A DNA stretch of 63,133 nt from Planctomycetota bacterium (GCA_036729165.1 DAIMSQ010000004.1:8125-71257), one strand, 5' to 3'; numbered from the stretch's first letter, positions 9,327-18,956 are shown. Numbers and translations: made by a program. The notes: generated from the letters alone by a model not told the origin.

Positions 9327-9872
9327 CTACCTCTGCCTTACCCGAATGTAAACCGTGTTCTTTTGGTCGTCTATTACAACTTCCGCCCAGTTGGCATGGC
9401 GATCCGGCGCAATGGCGTACATGCGCCCCTTCTCGCGCACCTGTGGATCGAACCATGGAATGCGTTCGTTCGCGGCGTAGTAGATAGCCGCCCTGCCTTC
9501 GCCCGGAGCTTCACGTTGCGAATCGGGCAAGTACATTTGCGCCGGCCCAAGCAACTGCGGCGCACGTACTTTTAGCTGCGGAGAATTCGCTATGAAACGC
9601 TCGATTTCTTCAGGCGATGCGCTGAATCGGAGGTAATAAGTGCTGTCCGCTACGCCGGCATACTGTAAGTCCGTCGCGCCGCTCGGGATGGCCCCTAGTT
9701 GCGCCTTGCGCAACACCGCGTTCAGGTCCCCTTTGCCCCCAATCGTGGCCACGGCCAAAGTGCCTAGTCCCACTACTAAGAGCAACCCGACCGCCATCAA
9801 CCCTATCAACGACCAGCGCGGCCCCCGCTTCTTGAGCCACGGCTTGGTTTGCGTCCGCTGTTTCTTGTGCAT
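9327..9872 (-). CDS. membrane-anchored hypothetical protein
   Basis: 181-aa ORF with basic N-terminus plus a single TM (WSLIGLMAVGLLLVVGLGTLAVATI). Its start codon overlaps the stop of the upstream radical SAM gene (TAATG). Confidence 0.6.
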   Translation of the reverse strand: MHKKQRTQTKPWLKKRGPRWSLIGLMAVGLLLVVGLGTLAVATIGGKGDLNAVLRKAQLGAIPSGATDLQYAGVADSTYYLRFSASPEEIERFIANSPQLKVRAPQLLGPAQMYLPDSQREAPGEGRAAIYYAANERIPWFDPQVREKGRMYAIAPDRHANWAEVVIDDQKNTVYIRVRQR

Positions 9873-11530
9873 TACGAATCAACCTTCCCGGTTTCGTGGG
9901 CAAACGCCCCGGCCATCTGCACGATAGGGTTGCTCGCCGCCGCGGCTGTTAATGCGACCGCTTCGAGACTGGCGGGCCCACCCCCCTGCTCGTCCGTGCT
10001 TTCATGATCGGCCGGCAGCCGCAGAGCGCGCCTGCTGCCCGGCGCGGCAGAGGCTTTCGCCCATTGTTCGTCGGGATAATCCCAGGCCCGCGCGTCCCGA
10101 TCCAGGAAATCCCGGAAACTCGGCACCTGGCGGCCCTTTTGCGCGTAGTAGTAACGAATACCTTTCCAGATGGCCAGGTTCGCCACCCACGCCCGCGATT
10201 TGAGCGGGAACAGTTGCAGCCGCCGCAGTGCCGAGCGCGGCGAAAAGAACTCGGCGAAGGCCGCCATTTGTGCGTGCCGTAGCTGCTTAGCGCTCATCTG
10301 CTTCGGTTCGAAAACGACCGACGCGCCGTTATAACGCAACCAGTCGCGCGTCCGCAGCCGCCCCTCGCGCTCGAACTGGTCGTAAAAAGCGGTGCCAGGA
10401 TAGGGCGTCAAAATCGGGTAACAGCTCATGGCCAGGTTCATGCGCTGCGCGAACCGGCACGCCCGCATGCAATCCTGCCAGGTATCCGTGTCAAAGCCAA
10501 AGATAAACGCCCCCCACAGGCTGATCCCGAAACTCTGTATCTTGCGGATGCGCTCGGCGTAGGTCTCGCTCTGCACGAATTTTTTGCCCGCCACCGCCAG
10601 CGTGTCCTGCTTCGGGCTTTCCAACCCCAAAATCAGCCCCACGCACCCGCTTTCACGCATCGTCGTTAGGAGCCGGTCATTGCGGCTGATCAGAATGTCG
10701 CACTGCGTGGCCCACGCCACTTTCAACGGCCGCAGCGCTTCGCACAGCTCGATCGCCCACTTGTGGTTTCCACCGAAGTTGTCGTCCGCGAGGATGAAGC
10801 ACCACGGCCGCCGCCGCTCACAGACGGCCCGAATTTCCTCGACGATGTCCGCAATCTCGCGCTGGCGATACTTGCGCCCGAAGACGGCCGGCGTCGTACA
10901 GAAGTTGCAGTTGTGCGGACAGCCGCGCGTCGTCTGGATCGGGTTAGCGACGAGGTAGTCGGCGGGGTTGTAGATGTCTTTACGTGGCGTGGCGATCGGC
11001 GCCGTTTCGAACATCGCCCAGTCATAAATGCGCCGCATGCCCTGCCGCGGGTCCACCCCCCGATCGGCCGCCTCCTCCCAATCGCGAATCACATGCGGCA
11101 AAGTTGACTCGGCATCGCCCTGGCACACCACGTCACAATGTTGCAGCGCCTCGCTCGGCATCGCACTCGGGTGAATCCCACCCATGACGACCGTCACACC
11201 CAGCCGCCGATACGCGTCCGCCAACTCGTATCCCCGCGGAGCTTGCGGCGTCATGGCCGAAATGCCGACCATGTCCACGTCTGCCCGCGGTTGATGCGGC
11301 TGTTCGAGCACGCATTCGTCGATCAACTCGACATGCCAGTGCCGTGGGACGACCGCCGCGCAGATCGTCAAGCCCGTAGGTGCGAATAGGGCGCGGCGAT
11401 TGAACGTCATCTGCCGAATGATCTTCGGCATAGTGATGTTCGAGAGCGGCGAATTCGGGTTGATCAGACGTATCCTGCGCCGGCGGGCGGCCTGGGCGAA
11501 GACGGTTCCTTCCCGTTGCGAAGCTGTCAT
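9872..11530 (-). CDS. B12-binding-domain radical SAM protein
   Basis: 552-aa ORF. N-terminal cobalamin-binding-like segment (VGISAMTPQAPRGYELADAYRRLGVTVVMGGIHPS). CxxxCxxC cluster motif (TTRGCPHNCNFCT). Confidence 0.85.
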   Translation of the reverse strand: MTASQREGTVFAQAARRRRIRLINPNSPLSNITMPKIIRQMTFNRRALFAPTGLTICAAVVPRHWHVELIDECVLEQPHQPRADVDMVGISAMTPQAPRGYELADAYRRLGVTVVMGGIHPSAMPSEALQHCDVVCQGDAESTLPHVIRDWEEAADRGVDPRQGMRRIYDWAMFETAPIATPRKDIYNPADYLVANPIQTTRGCPHNCNFCTTPAVFGRKYRQREIADIVEEIRAVCERRRPWCFILADDNFGGNHKWAIELCEALRPLKVAWATQCDILISRNDRLLTTMRESGCVGLILGLESPKQDTLAVAGKKFVQSETYAERIRKIQSFGISLWGAFIFGFDTDTWQDCMRACRFAQRMNLAMSCYPILTPYPGTAFYDQFEREGRLRTRDWLRYNGASVVFEPKQMSAKQLRHAQMAAFAEFFSPRSALRRLQLFPLKSRAWVANLAIWKGIRYYYAQKGRQVPSFRDFLDRDARAWDYPDEQWAKASAAPGSRRALRLPADHESTDEQGGGPASLEAVALTAAAASNPIVQMAGAFAHETGKVDS

Positions 11531-11636
11531 CTATCCCTCACGCTACGGGCGTTCCGCGCGGCTGCCGCGGACGACGTGGCGCTTCTTGCGCCCATGATAC
11601 AGCCGCGGTTCCGATCCCTTAACCACTGATTTTGAA

Positions 11637-12386
11637 TTATCTTCGACTGGCGATAGCTTCTCGCAGCGGCCGAACCACGTGCGGAATCACGCGGCTGGCG
11701 GCGTATTCCTCCCCGAGTTCCAGCAATTCCTGGTGCGTTCGCAGCAAGTCGGACGGCGCGGTGCGGAGATCGCGCCGCAGGGTCAGGTAGACGGTCAAGG
11801 GCTGCGGCTCATATTCGCCTGAGCGAATTTCAAACATCGAAGTCCGTCCGCGGACGTCGATGTATGCGTGCGTGCTCAGGTCCTCGGACCCCAGCGCCAC
11901 TCCGATACACGGCTGGCACTCAATGATCCGCCGCTCGCCCCCCCTGACGGCGGCCATGAGCGGGTTGTCGCCCAGCAACGTTTCCGCGACCAGTTCGTCA
12001 TGGTTGCCTGCGTATTCCAGATCGAACGCGTACAAGACTTCCATATTCTGGTAGTCGAGGTCGCTGAGGCTGAGTTGTACCGGGGCCTGGGTGAAAACTA
12101 CTCGCCCGAACTGCGCTACCGCCTCCCGGGCCGGGGGGCCGAACTGTCCGAAGCGAAGGGCGTTGGTACCGATGCGAAGGTAACGCCGGCCGGATTGCTC
12201 GCGCTCTTCCTCATCCAGGACGACTGCCCCGTCAGCGCGGCGGCGAAAGCGGGTCATGCTGGGAAAGGCACGCCGTATCTGCTCGCAGAAGTGCAGCAGT
12301 GTTTCACGCGACGGCGCTAGGTCGAGCTTGAGATAGAGTCGCGTGGCGACGCAGAACTCGTCGCAAAACGTTTCGAAGATCCACAT
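11637..12386 (-). CDS. hypothetical protein (first gene of the radical SAM operon)
   Basis: ORF 11637-12473. Start placed at MWIFETFCDEF (12386) because the upstream extension is Arg/Gly-rich. No recognisable motif. Confidence 0.5.
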   Translation of the reverse strand: MWIFETFCDEFCVATRLYLKLDLAPSRETLLHFCEQIRRAFPSMTRFRRRADGAVVLDEEEREQSGRRYLRIGTNALRFGQFGPPAREAVAQFGRVVFTQAPVQLSLSDLDYQNMEVLYAFDLEYAGNHDELVAETLLGDNPLMAAVRGGERRIIECQPCIGVALGSEDLSTHAYIDVRGRTSMFEIRSGEYEPQPLTVYLTLRRDLRTAPSDLLRTHQELLELGEEYAASRVIPHVVRPLREAIASRR

Positions 12387-12466
12387 CGCGCCGGTCCTCG
12401 CGGTCGCCCCGGTATAGGCTCGTCCTTTTGATATTATCCCAAGCCGCCTGCTAACGGTAAACGGGT

Positions 12467-13130
12467 TTGTCACGCCGTTGGTTCAGCGAGATTACAGAGG
12501 CGAGCGAGGCATTAAGCGTGCCGCATGGCTTGAGCGACTCGTCCAGATTTATGATGGGCGAACTACGCCGCTGGCGCCGCTATCTTCATGCTAATCCGGA
12601 ACTTAGCGTCCAGGAACGGCTCACTGTGGACTACTTGGCGGACCAAATGCAGGCATTGGGCCTCAACGGCAGCGCGGCATCGGCGGCACTTTTGGGCTCG
12701 TCACAGACCTGGAGGGCGGACCGGACCGGCCGTCGCGATACGCGCCGCCATGGACGCCCTACCGGTGGAGGCTACCGGCCTGTCATTCGCCTCCAGCAAT
12801 CCCGGGCGTAATGCACGCCTCCGGGCATGACGCGCACGTGCCATGCTGGCCGGGGCGGCCCGCTTGCTGAAAAATTGTCAAGCGGGACTGCCGCACCCGA
12901 TCGGCCTCATTTTTCAGCCTTGCAGAGGAATACGGAGGCAGTGGGGAGGCGATGATCGCGGGCGGTGGCCTGGACGGCGTGGCCGCCGTTTTCGGGATTC
13001 ACGTGTTGCCCCAGCATCACCCCCAGTTCGACATCGACGAAGAAGTCTTGCCGCTGGGGGCTGCGATGCTAGCGGAGGTCGCGTCGACCGCGCCAGTTCA
13101 TTGGGAGAGATTGATAGCGGGAATAAACCA
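12467..13130 (+). pseudogene. decayed M20D amidohydrolase (N-acyl-amino-acid/hippurate hydrolase-like) pseudogene
   Basis: Family signatures are spread over at least four frames. These are LRRWRRYLHANPELSVQERLTVDYLADQMQALGL, AIRAAMDALPVEATGLSFASSNPG, VMHASGHDAHV (family MHACGHD with Cys to Ser), MLAGAARLLK...IGLIFQP, GGLDGVAAVFGIHV and FDIDEEVLPLGAAMLAEVA. Total length is about half of a normal family member. Confidence 0.75.
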
Positions 13131-13137
13131 GGAGCCG

Positions 13138-13941
13138 TTAGGCCACCAGGTCGCAGGCCGAGTCCACGAACCGGGCGCGCAGTTGTTCCATTATTTCCGC
13201 GTGGCGCTGGCAGACGCGCGACTCACTCACGCCCAGGACGGTGCCGATGGCGGCCATCGTCAGCTTTTCGTAATAGTAAAGCGTCAGAATCAGGCGATCC
13301 TGTTCCTTGAGGCCGCGCGTGATGTGCTCGCGAATTAGCTCGCGCTCGGTGTGATGGACCGGGCTCGGGCCTGGATCGACCGGGACTAATGCGCTGGCGC
13401 GCGGGTCGTCGCTACGATCGCTGCCGGACTCAAGCGGGACGCAATGCGAGGCTAGAACCGTGTTCTTCATTTTGATAAAGCGGCTCAGCGGCAGGCCCAT
13501 ATGGCGTGCCAACTCGTCCGAATTGGGGACGCGGCCGGTGCGCGCCTGCAAATGATCCTCGGCAGCCGTCACGGCCCGTTCGAAGTTACGGCCGGAGCGT
13601 CCGAGGGGGTCGATTTCGCGTTGCCAGTCGCGGATGGCGCCGAGAATGCGTTGGCGACAGAAGGTTTCGAATTTGACGCCGCGCTTCGGATCGAAGGAGG
13701 TCACCGCTCCTATCAGGCCATCGTACCCAGCACTGGCGAGTTCGTCGGCGGTGACTCGAGGCCAGAGCCGGCGGGCGATGATCTCGGCTAATTTGTGCAC
13801 CAGCGGCATGTAGTACTCAACGAGTTGATTGCGATGCTCCGTCGAGCGTGTGCGCTGGTAATCGCGCCAGACTCGGGCGACATCCTTGTTGCCGGGCCTG
13901 GCTTTGGCCGTTTTCGCGGTTTTGGCGGGCATCTTCGCCAC
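13138..13941 (-). CDS. FliA/WhiG-type (group 3) sigma-70 family sigma factor
   Basis: 267-aa ORF. Region 2 (NQLVEYYMPLVHKLAEIIARRL, GYDGLIGAVTSFDPKRGVKFETFCRQRILGAIRDW). Region 4 HTH (LTMAAIGTVLGVSESRVCQ). Confidence 0.75.
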   Translation of the reverse strand: MAKMPAKTAKTAKARPGNKDVARVWRDYQRTRSTEHRNQLVEYYMPLVHKLAEIIARRLWPRVTADELASAGYDGLIGAVTSFDPKRGVKFETFCRQRILGAIRDWQREIDPLGRSGRNFERAVTAAEDHLQARTGRVPNSDELARHMGLPLSRFIKMKNTVLASHCVPLESGSDRSDDPRASALVPVDPGPSPVHHTERELIREHITRGLKEQDRLILTLYYYEKLTMAAIGTVLGVSESRVCQRHAEIMEQLRARFVDSACDLVA

Positions 13942-14269
13942 TCTCCTTACTCGTTTCTTCTCGCGGGGGCTGACGACGAAATTCCTGCGATCCCGCGAGA
14001 CATCCTTAAGAACTAAGTAGGACGCGGATGCTGTATTTATCGAACTAACGGGGGCAGGTACTTTAACAAATTGCCAGAAAAAGGGACGTTAAACTTTAAC
14101 TATATTCACTGCGACGGCAGTTTGAGCGCTAAAACAGTAAAATTCAATCTTTCCAGAAAGTTATCAGACGTTTGTCAAGTGGCCCGGAGCTATGGAGTCG
14201 TCTCCGGGCACAGCGGTAAATAACCGGGCACAGTGGCGAACAAAGTGGTGATATGTTGAAACGTTGCCC

Positions 14270-15982
14270 TTACCCGCCGCCGCGAGCAGGATTCGAGATC
14301 TGAAGCGCAGCACCATTCGAACACGGCACCTGACGCATAGCCGTCAGAATATGGTCGTCATCCCCTGGCTTAGTGAACAGGTAAACGCGCTTGTACTGTT
14401 CTGACACCGCCCCGCGAGCTTTCATCAATTTGTTGTCCATCGCCGCCAGGCTGCCCGGCGCGAGGAGGCGCAGTTGCACAGCCCCCAGACGCATGGACGC
14501 GCGCCGTGATGCATACTCCTCGTTTTGAACACACAGCTCACGATCCAACGCCTCGACTTGTGCTGAGCTGAGCTCAACCTCGCAGTTGAGCCGGTAATAG
14601 GGTGGGTCGCCCCAGCACGGCGCCAAGACGAAGTCAAGTTCGGGCAGCTTGAAGGCTTGGCAGACGTTGCGAACCGCCGCAGCACAGTGATGCTCCGTGA
14701 GCTTTTCGCCGGCCAGTGAAGCCACCCGCCCGGCGCGATATAGAAACTCCAGTACCGGCGCATTTCCGAGCCAACCGTGGACGCGCACCACGTCATCCAG
14801 CCGATAGCGCACCAGCCCCGCCGTGTTGGTCAACACGACAGCGTAGTCCTGCCCTGTCTCAAGCTCGCTCGCGAGAAGCGTCTGCGGCTGGTCCTGATGA
14901 CAGCATTCGATTGGGATGAACTCGAAGAACGCGGCGGTCACGTCGAGGGCGCCCGCTGGAACGCCGTCCTCGAACGGAATGGTGACTCGTCCCTCACTGG
15001 CTAGAAGCCCGATGTCGCGAATCGGAATATCGCCGTACCAGCTTCTTAGCGTGTCCAGGTAGTGCCCCAGGCTGCCGCCAGTCCAGCATGCAAGGAAACT
15101 CAGCTTCCAGTAGTCGCGCGGCCGGAGCGTGCCGTGAGCGGCCCGCAGGCGCTCGAGTTCAGCGGCCCTGGAGCGGTCGGGTTTCAAGCCGGACGCAAGA
15201 CGTTCGCGGAGGGCCGCGTCCGGCACGACTCGGCGCGAGAGGCTGCCGTCGGCGACGTCTCTAATAAGCTCCTCGCTTTCCTGCGCGGCAGTCCGCGCCA
15301 TCTGTATGAGAGTCGCCGGATTGGCAGTGATCGCAAAGCTGACATCGCGGCTAATTCCCAGGCGCATCAAGGTGTAATAGCGTGCCCGCGCGTCAGGTAT
15401 GTTCGCCACTTCCGGCTGACCGACGTAGAACCGCCGGACGATTCGCTTCTGCATCTTCGCCAGCAACCCCGTGATCGCTCCGCACGGAATGCCCGCGGGG
15501 CTGCACTGGCTGTTGTAGCGGCTGGTAACCTGGAGAATGGGTCGCAGGACTGCGGCCGTGTGATCGGTCAGCATTTTGAGGCCGAAGACGTTCCAACCGC
15601 GGCGATAATCCCGTACGAATTCCTTTGTTACAGGTATCAGCTTGGCCTTAGCGGTGGTGCCGCTGCTGGTGGCGAACATGAGAATGGGTGAACGGGCTCG
15701 GAAGAGCGCGCGAACGTCGCCGGCCCAAACGCGTTCGATGTACGGACGGAGGCCCTCGTAGCCGCACAACGGAACCATGCGGCGCAGGTCGGCGGCCGTG
15801 GTGTCCGGCGTCAGTCGATGGCGGCGTGCGAAGTCGCTGCCGTCGATTACCTGCAGAGCGCGGCGCAAAGCACGGGTCTGCTCATGCGGCGCATCGTCGA
15901 CGGCTTTCTGAAAATGGCGATACACTCGCTGGGCATGGAAGAGGGCGAGCTTGCAGCCTATTCGCTCGAGTAAAGTGGGCAT
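14270..15982 (-). CDS. GH3 family (acyl-adenylate-forming, auxin-responsive-promoter-like) protein
   Basis: ORF 14270-16120. Start placed at MPTLLERIG (15982), 13 nt after the upstream gene stop. GH3 signature FATSSGTTAKAKLIPVT. Confidence 0.75.
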   Translation of the reverse strand: MPTLLERIGCKLALFHAQRVYRHFQKAVDDAPHEQTRALRRALQVIDGSDFARRHRLTPDTTAADLRRMVPLCGYEGLRPYIERVWAGDVRALFRARSPILMFATSSGTTAKAKLIPVTKEFVRDYRRGWNVFGLKMLTDHTAAVLRPILQVTSRYNSQCSPAGIPCGAITGLLAKMQKRIVRRFYVGQPEVANIPDARARYYTLMRLGISRDVSFAITANPATLIQMARTAAQESEELIRDVADGSLSRRVVPDAALRERLASGLKPDRSRAAELERLRAAHGTLRPRDYWKLSFLACWTGGSLGHYLDTLRSWYGDIPIRDIGLLASEGRVTIPFEDGVPAGALDVTAAFFEFIPIECCHQDQPQTLLASELETGQDYAVVLTNTAGLVRYRLDDVVRVHGWLGNAPVLEFLYRAGRVASLAGEKLTEHHCAAAVRNVCQAFKLPELDFVLAPCWGDPPYYRLNCEVELSSAQVEALDRELCVQNEEYASRRASMRLGAVQLRLLAPGSLAAMDNKLMKARGAVSEQYKRVYLFTKPGDDDHILTAMRQVPCSNGAALQISNPARGGG

Positions 15983-15995
15983 TCGTTGGCCCCGT

Positions 15996-17174
15996 TCAGC
16001 CCGGCGAGCGGGTTCCGTCCACGGCCAGGTCATGCTCGACCGCGCCGGCTCCGGAGGCTTCGATCGGGGGCGCGTCGGCAGGCTGCCAAGCCTGCGGCAT
16101 GCGGGCCAGGTGGCGGTCAAAGAAAGAAGTCGTCAACCAGGCATAGAAGTCGGCGTGCCGGACTACGGCCTGGTTGTGGCGCGAGCCCGGCGCGACCCAC
16201 AGGTACTTCGGTTGACCGGCCAATGCGTAGAGGCGGCGACTGGCGTATTCGACGGGCAGATATGAGTCCTTCTCGCCGTGAATGAAAAGGATGGGGCGCG
16301 GCGTCATGCGCTGAATGGCCTTGCGGACTGAGGGAAAGCGGCATTTAAACTCGCGGGCGGCAAAGTACATCATGGCCCAGCGCAGAAAACGCCAGAACAC
16401 AGGCGGGTGGTTCTCATAAACAATGCGCACGCGCGCGAAAATGTACGCCCAGCGCTTCATGAAATATTCGATGGTCGTGTCGGTGCTGAAGGCGCCGTCG
16501 GCCACGATGGCGCGAATCTCGGGGTTCTCGACCGAGGCCAGGATAGCGGCGCACGCGCCGCGCGAAATGCCGAAAATACCAACCTCCCTGGGCAGGCCGC
16601 GTTCCTCGAGCCAGTTCTGAATGAAAGCCACCGCGCCGCGCATGTCGTGCAATTCGCGATCCGTGACCCACTGGCGCGGCGTGTGATCCGGCTCGCAGGC
16701 GGACCGCCCGTGACCGCGGAAATCGAAGGTGAACACGTCGTAGCCCCGGGCCAGCAGCGGGCTGCAATAACGCGCGCAGGAGAACATATCCGAGCAGAAT
16801 TCGTGGGCGAAAATGATCATTCCGCGGCGCGGCCCGGCCGCCCTGCCGTGCAGGATCATCCCGGCCAGCGGCAGGCCATCGTAGGCCGGAAAGCTGACCG
16901 GTTCACCCGTCAGCCGCTCAAAATCGAGCGGGTTGCGCGCCAGGGGGGGGTTGGTAGTCCGCATGATGTTGAGCGAAATACGGACATATTTCGCCACAAT
17001 CAGGAGGGGAACCACAATCAGGGTAATAATTGTCGAGACAATGGCCACCAAGGCCCAGTTGTGTGTAAGGACCTCGGTGATTATCCACGCCAAGGACATT
17101 GCAAATCCGTGTCGGGCCGGCATGCAAATCGCGTTGTGTGCGGGATGGTAGCGGACGGGACAATTAAAGTCCAT
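15996..17174 (-). CDS. membrane-anchored alpha/beta hydrolase
   Basis: 392-aa ORF with N-terminal TM (WALVAIVSTIITLIVVPLLIV) and nucleophile elbow GISRG. HG...F motifs of the alpha/beta fold. The exact start is uncertain. Confidence 0.7.
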   Translation of the reverse strand: MDFNCPVRYHPAHNAICMPARHGFAMSLAWIITEVLTHNWALVAIVSTIITLIVVPLLIVAKYVRISLNIMRTTNPPLARNPLDFERLTGEPVSFPAYDGLPLAGMILHGRAAGPRRGMIIFAHEFCSDMFSCARYCSPLLARGYDVFTFDFRGHGRSACEPDHTPRQWVTDRELHDMRGAVAFIQNWLEERGLPREVGIFGISRGACAAILASVENPEIRAIVADGAFSTDTTIEYFMKRWAYIFARVRIVYENHPPVFWRFLRWAMMYFAAREFKCRFPSVRKAIQRMTPRPILFIHGEKDSYLPVEYASRRLYALAGQPKYLWVAPGSRHNQAVVRHADFYAWLTTSFFDRHLARMPQAWQPADAPPIEASGAGAVEHDLAVDGTRSPG

Positions 17175-17324
17175 ACCGGCAGTCAGTCCCGCAAGCTGCC
17201 AGGCGGGCGACGCGCGGCGTCCGTCCGGCGGCCGGCACTACAATTGCCTTCCACCTACCGCCGCCCATGACGCTTCGCGCCGGTTGGGTTAATATGCCCC
17301 CTTTCGTTGGACCCGGATGAGGAA

Positions 17325-18839
17325 ATGAACATGACTAACGACACCAGCTCCGCCGTGGCAAGCCTCGAACCGCAGGCCGTTTGGCAGTATTTCAGTGGCA
17401 TCGCCGCCGTCCCGCGTGCTTCCAAGCACGAAGAGCGCATCCGCGAGCACGTCCGCCGCCTGGCCCAGGAACGCGGCTTCAACGTCCGCGAGGACGCAGC
17501 CGGCAATCTGCTGATCGAAGTGCCCGCCAGCCCGGGCCACGAAAACGCTCCAATCACAGTCCTTCAAGGCCACCTTGACATGGTCTGCGAAAAGAACGCC
17601 GGCACCGCCCACGACTTCGACCGCGATCCGATCCGCCTGATTCTCGACCGCGATCCGGCCACCGGCGAAGAAATCGTCCGCGCCGATGGCACCACGCTTG
17701 GCGCGGATAACGGCATCGGCGTCGCCCTGGCGCTAGCCGCCGCAACCTCGCCCGACGTGGTCCACGGCCCACTCGAAATACTGTGCACAGTCGACGAGGA
17801 ACAGGGCATGACCGGGGCGGCCGCGCTCCAGCCCGACTTCTTCCGCGGCAAGCGCTTGCTTAATCTCGACTCCGACGAGGATACGGTCATCTACATCGGT
17901 TGCGCCGGCGGCGGCGACATCACCCTGAGTTGGGAGTTTCCCACGCGGCCCGTATCCGGACGCCTCGAACTGGCGCGCCTCACCGTCAGCGGCCTGCGCG
18001 GCGGCCATTCCGGCGGCGACATCCACGAGAACCGTGGCAATGCCAACAAAATCCTCGTCCGCACGCTGCTCGATCCCGACGTGAAACGGGTGCAGATCGC
18101 GTCAATCACCGGCGGCAGCAAGCGCAACGCCATTCCGCGCGAAGCGAACGCCGTGATCGTCGCCTCGAAGCGTACGCTATCCGCCTTGAAAGGGGCGGCC
18201 GCCAAGGTCCAAGAAGCCGTCCGGCGTGAATCCGCCGAACCGAACCTCAACATCGCCGTCGAGCCCGTCGACCGCGCCGCGGTTCCCGCCGCGCTCACGG
18301 TTATCGACACGCAGCGTCTGCTTTGGGCGCTGGAAGCCTTGCCGCATGGCGTGCTCGAGATGCACCAGAAGCTCAAGGGCCTGGTGCAAACTTCGAATAA
18401 CGTCGCCACCATAGTCAGCGAGCCTCAGCCCGAGCGCAAACGCCTGCGCATCGTCGTCGGCTGCCTCAGCCGCAGCTCGATGGAAGGCCGCGTGCAGACC
18501 ACCTGGTCCCAGATCGCAGCCGTCGGCCAACTGGCCCGGGCGACGGTCGAAACGGGGAACAGTTACCCCGGCTGGAACCCGAATCCCGAGTCGCTGCTGC
18601 TGGGCATTTGCCAGCGCGTTTACCGCGAACTGTTCCAATCGGAGCCGAACGTGGCCGCGATTCACGCCGGCCTGGAATGCGGGATCATCGGCAGACAAAT
18701 GGGCGGCGACCTGGACATGGTCTCTTTCGGCGCGAAGATCCACGGCGCGCACAGCCCGGACGAGCGGACTTATCCGGCCTCGGTACAGAAGTCATACCAA
18801 TTTCTTAAGGCGATTCTGGCAGAGCTGGCGCGCGCGTAG
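17325..18839 (+). CDS. pepD: aminoacyl-histidine (Xaa-His) dipeptidase, M20C family
   Basis: ORF 17307-18839 with in-frame ATG at 17325 after GAGGAA. Full-length PepD-like sequence (LEPQAVWQYFSGIAAVPRASKHEERI, GADNGIGVA, VDEEQGMTGA, HAGLECG, HSPDER). Confidence 0.85.
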   Translation: MNMTNDTSSAVASLEPQAVWQYFSGIAAVPRASKHEERIREHVRRLAQERGFNVREDAAGNLLIEVPASPGHENAPITVLQGHLDMVCEKNAGTAHDFDRDPIRLILDRDPATGEEIVRADGTTLGADNGIGVALALAAATSPDVVHGPLEILCTVDEEQGMTGAAALQPDFFRGKRLLNLDSDEDTVIYIGCAGGGDITLSWEFPTRPVSGRLELARLTVSGLRGGHSGGDIHENRGNANKILVRTLLDPDVKRVQIASITGGSKRNAIPREANAVIVASKRTLSALKGAAAKVQEAVRRESAEPNLNIAVEPVDRAAVPAALTVIDTQRLLWALEALPHGVLEMHQKLKGLVQTSNNVATIVSEPQPERKRLRIVVGCLSRSSMEGRVQTTWSQIAAVGQLARATVETGNSYPGWNPNPESLLLGICQRVYRELFQSEPNVAAIHAGLECGIIGRQMGGDLDMVSFGAKIHGAHSPDERTYPASVQKSYQFLKAILAELARA

Positions 18840-18868
18840 CCCGACTTTTGCGAGACGCCCCGGCTCTG

Positions 18869-18924
18869 CACGTTCCCACGTTCTCACTTTCACACGCGCG
18901 GGAAAGTGGGAACGTGGGAACGTG
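18869..18924. terminator. long hairpin between convergent pepD and ykgJ-like genes, built from GTGGGAAC octamers
   Basis: CACGTTCCCACGTTCTCACTTTC (18869-18891) pairs with GAAAGTGGGAACGTGGGAACGTG (18902-18924) with one mismatch. The right arm continues as a third GTGGGAAC copy. Confidence 0.6.
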
Positions 18925-18956
18925 GGAACGTACGGCGCGTAATGAAGCGGCCGCTC

